DNA of 62,845 nt, counting the filler, from Choristocarpus tenellus KU-1152 (lineage: Eukaryota > Protista > Phaeophyceae), in the NCBI GenBank assembly GCA_964200185.2. It is 11 parts of 11 records of this genome, joined end to end, with 100 filler letters (N's around TTAATTAATTAA, not from the genome) between each part and the next. Parts side by side here need not be neighbours in the genome. Positions count along the whole stretch, not along the records: positions 59,835 to 62,845 come from CAXNAD020022956.1; 10 more parts are not named here. The stretch is one strand, 5' to 3'. Positions 62,821-62,845 of this stretch are shown piece after piece. The notes below the pieces were generated by a model. That model was not told where the DNA came from, searched no databases, and worked only from the letters and a program-made list of their open reading frames with translations. Within the stretch, counting starts at the first letter, position 1. The number at the start of each line of letters is the position of its first letter. Both the position numbers and the translations under genes were made by a program.

Positions 62821-62845
62821 GACCCAAAGTATCTGGGAGGGGGGG
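62821..62845. mobile_element. MITE family B terminus at window end
   Basis: GACCCAAAGTATCTGGGAGGGGGGG. Confidence 0.85.

Overview
Eukaryotic nuclear DNA, not prokaryotic. The window is 11 assembly pieces joined by ten identical artificial 100-bp spacers (N44-TTAATTAATTAA-N44), so neighbourhood is only meaningful within a piece. A complete 9-exon mannuronan C5-epimerase gene (50455-53624, GFDPHDDSD motif) points to a brown alga or close alginate-making relative. Many short (CCCTAA)n tracts in introns suggest an early-diverging lineage, but this is inference. Partial spliced genes: crooked neck/CLF1 head-to-head with a FabF/OXSM ketoacyl synthase, mitochondrial-type ClpP, RAD21/REC8 exon 1, DNA polymerase alpha subunit B, a C2H2 zinc-finger protein, a cationic amino-acid transporter and one uncharacterised gene. 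The rest is largely decayed Ty1/copia and RLE-type LINE sequence plus about 18 full or partial copies of two related MITE families. Most notable: (1) both MITE families have bipartite ends (AAAGTATCT box plus GTCCATTTGG box) with a short spacer (about 16 bp) at one end and a long one (about 26 bp) at the other, a one-helical-turn asymmetry recalling the 12/23 rule; (2) one copy inserted into an AGGT target now has textbook splice sites, like a proto-Introner; (3) an isolated AT-rich bacterial-looking MsbA-type ABC fragment lies 700 bp upstream of the epimerase; (4) 7 of 30 hand-inferred 3' splice sites are AAG. All gene models were built by eye and no database search was run.
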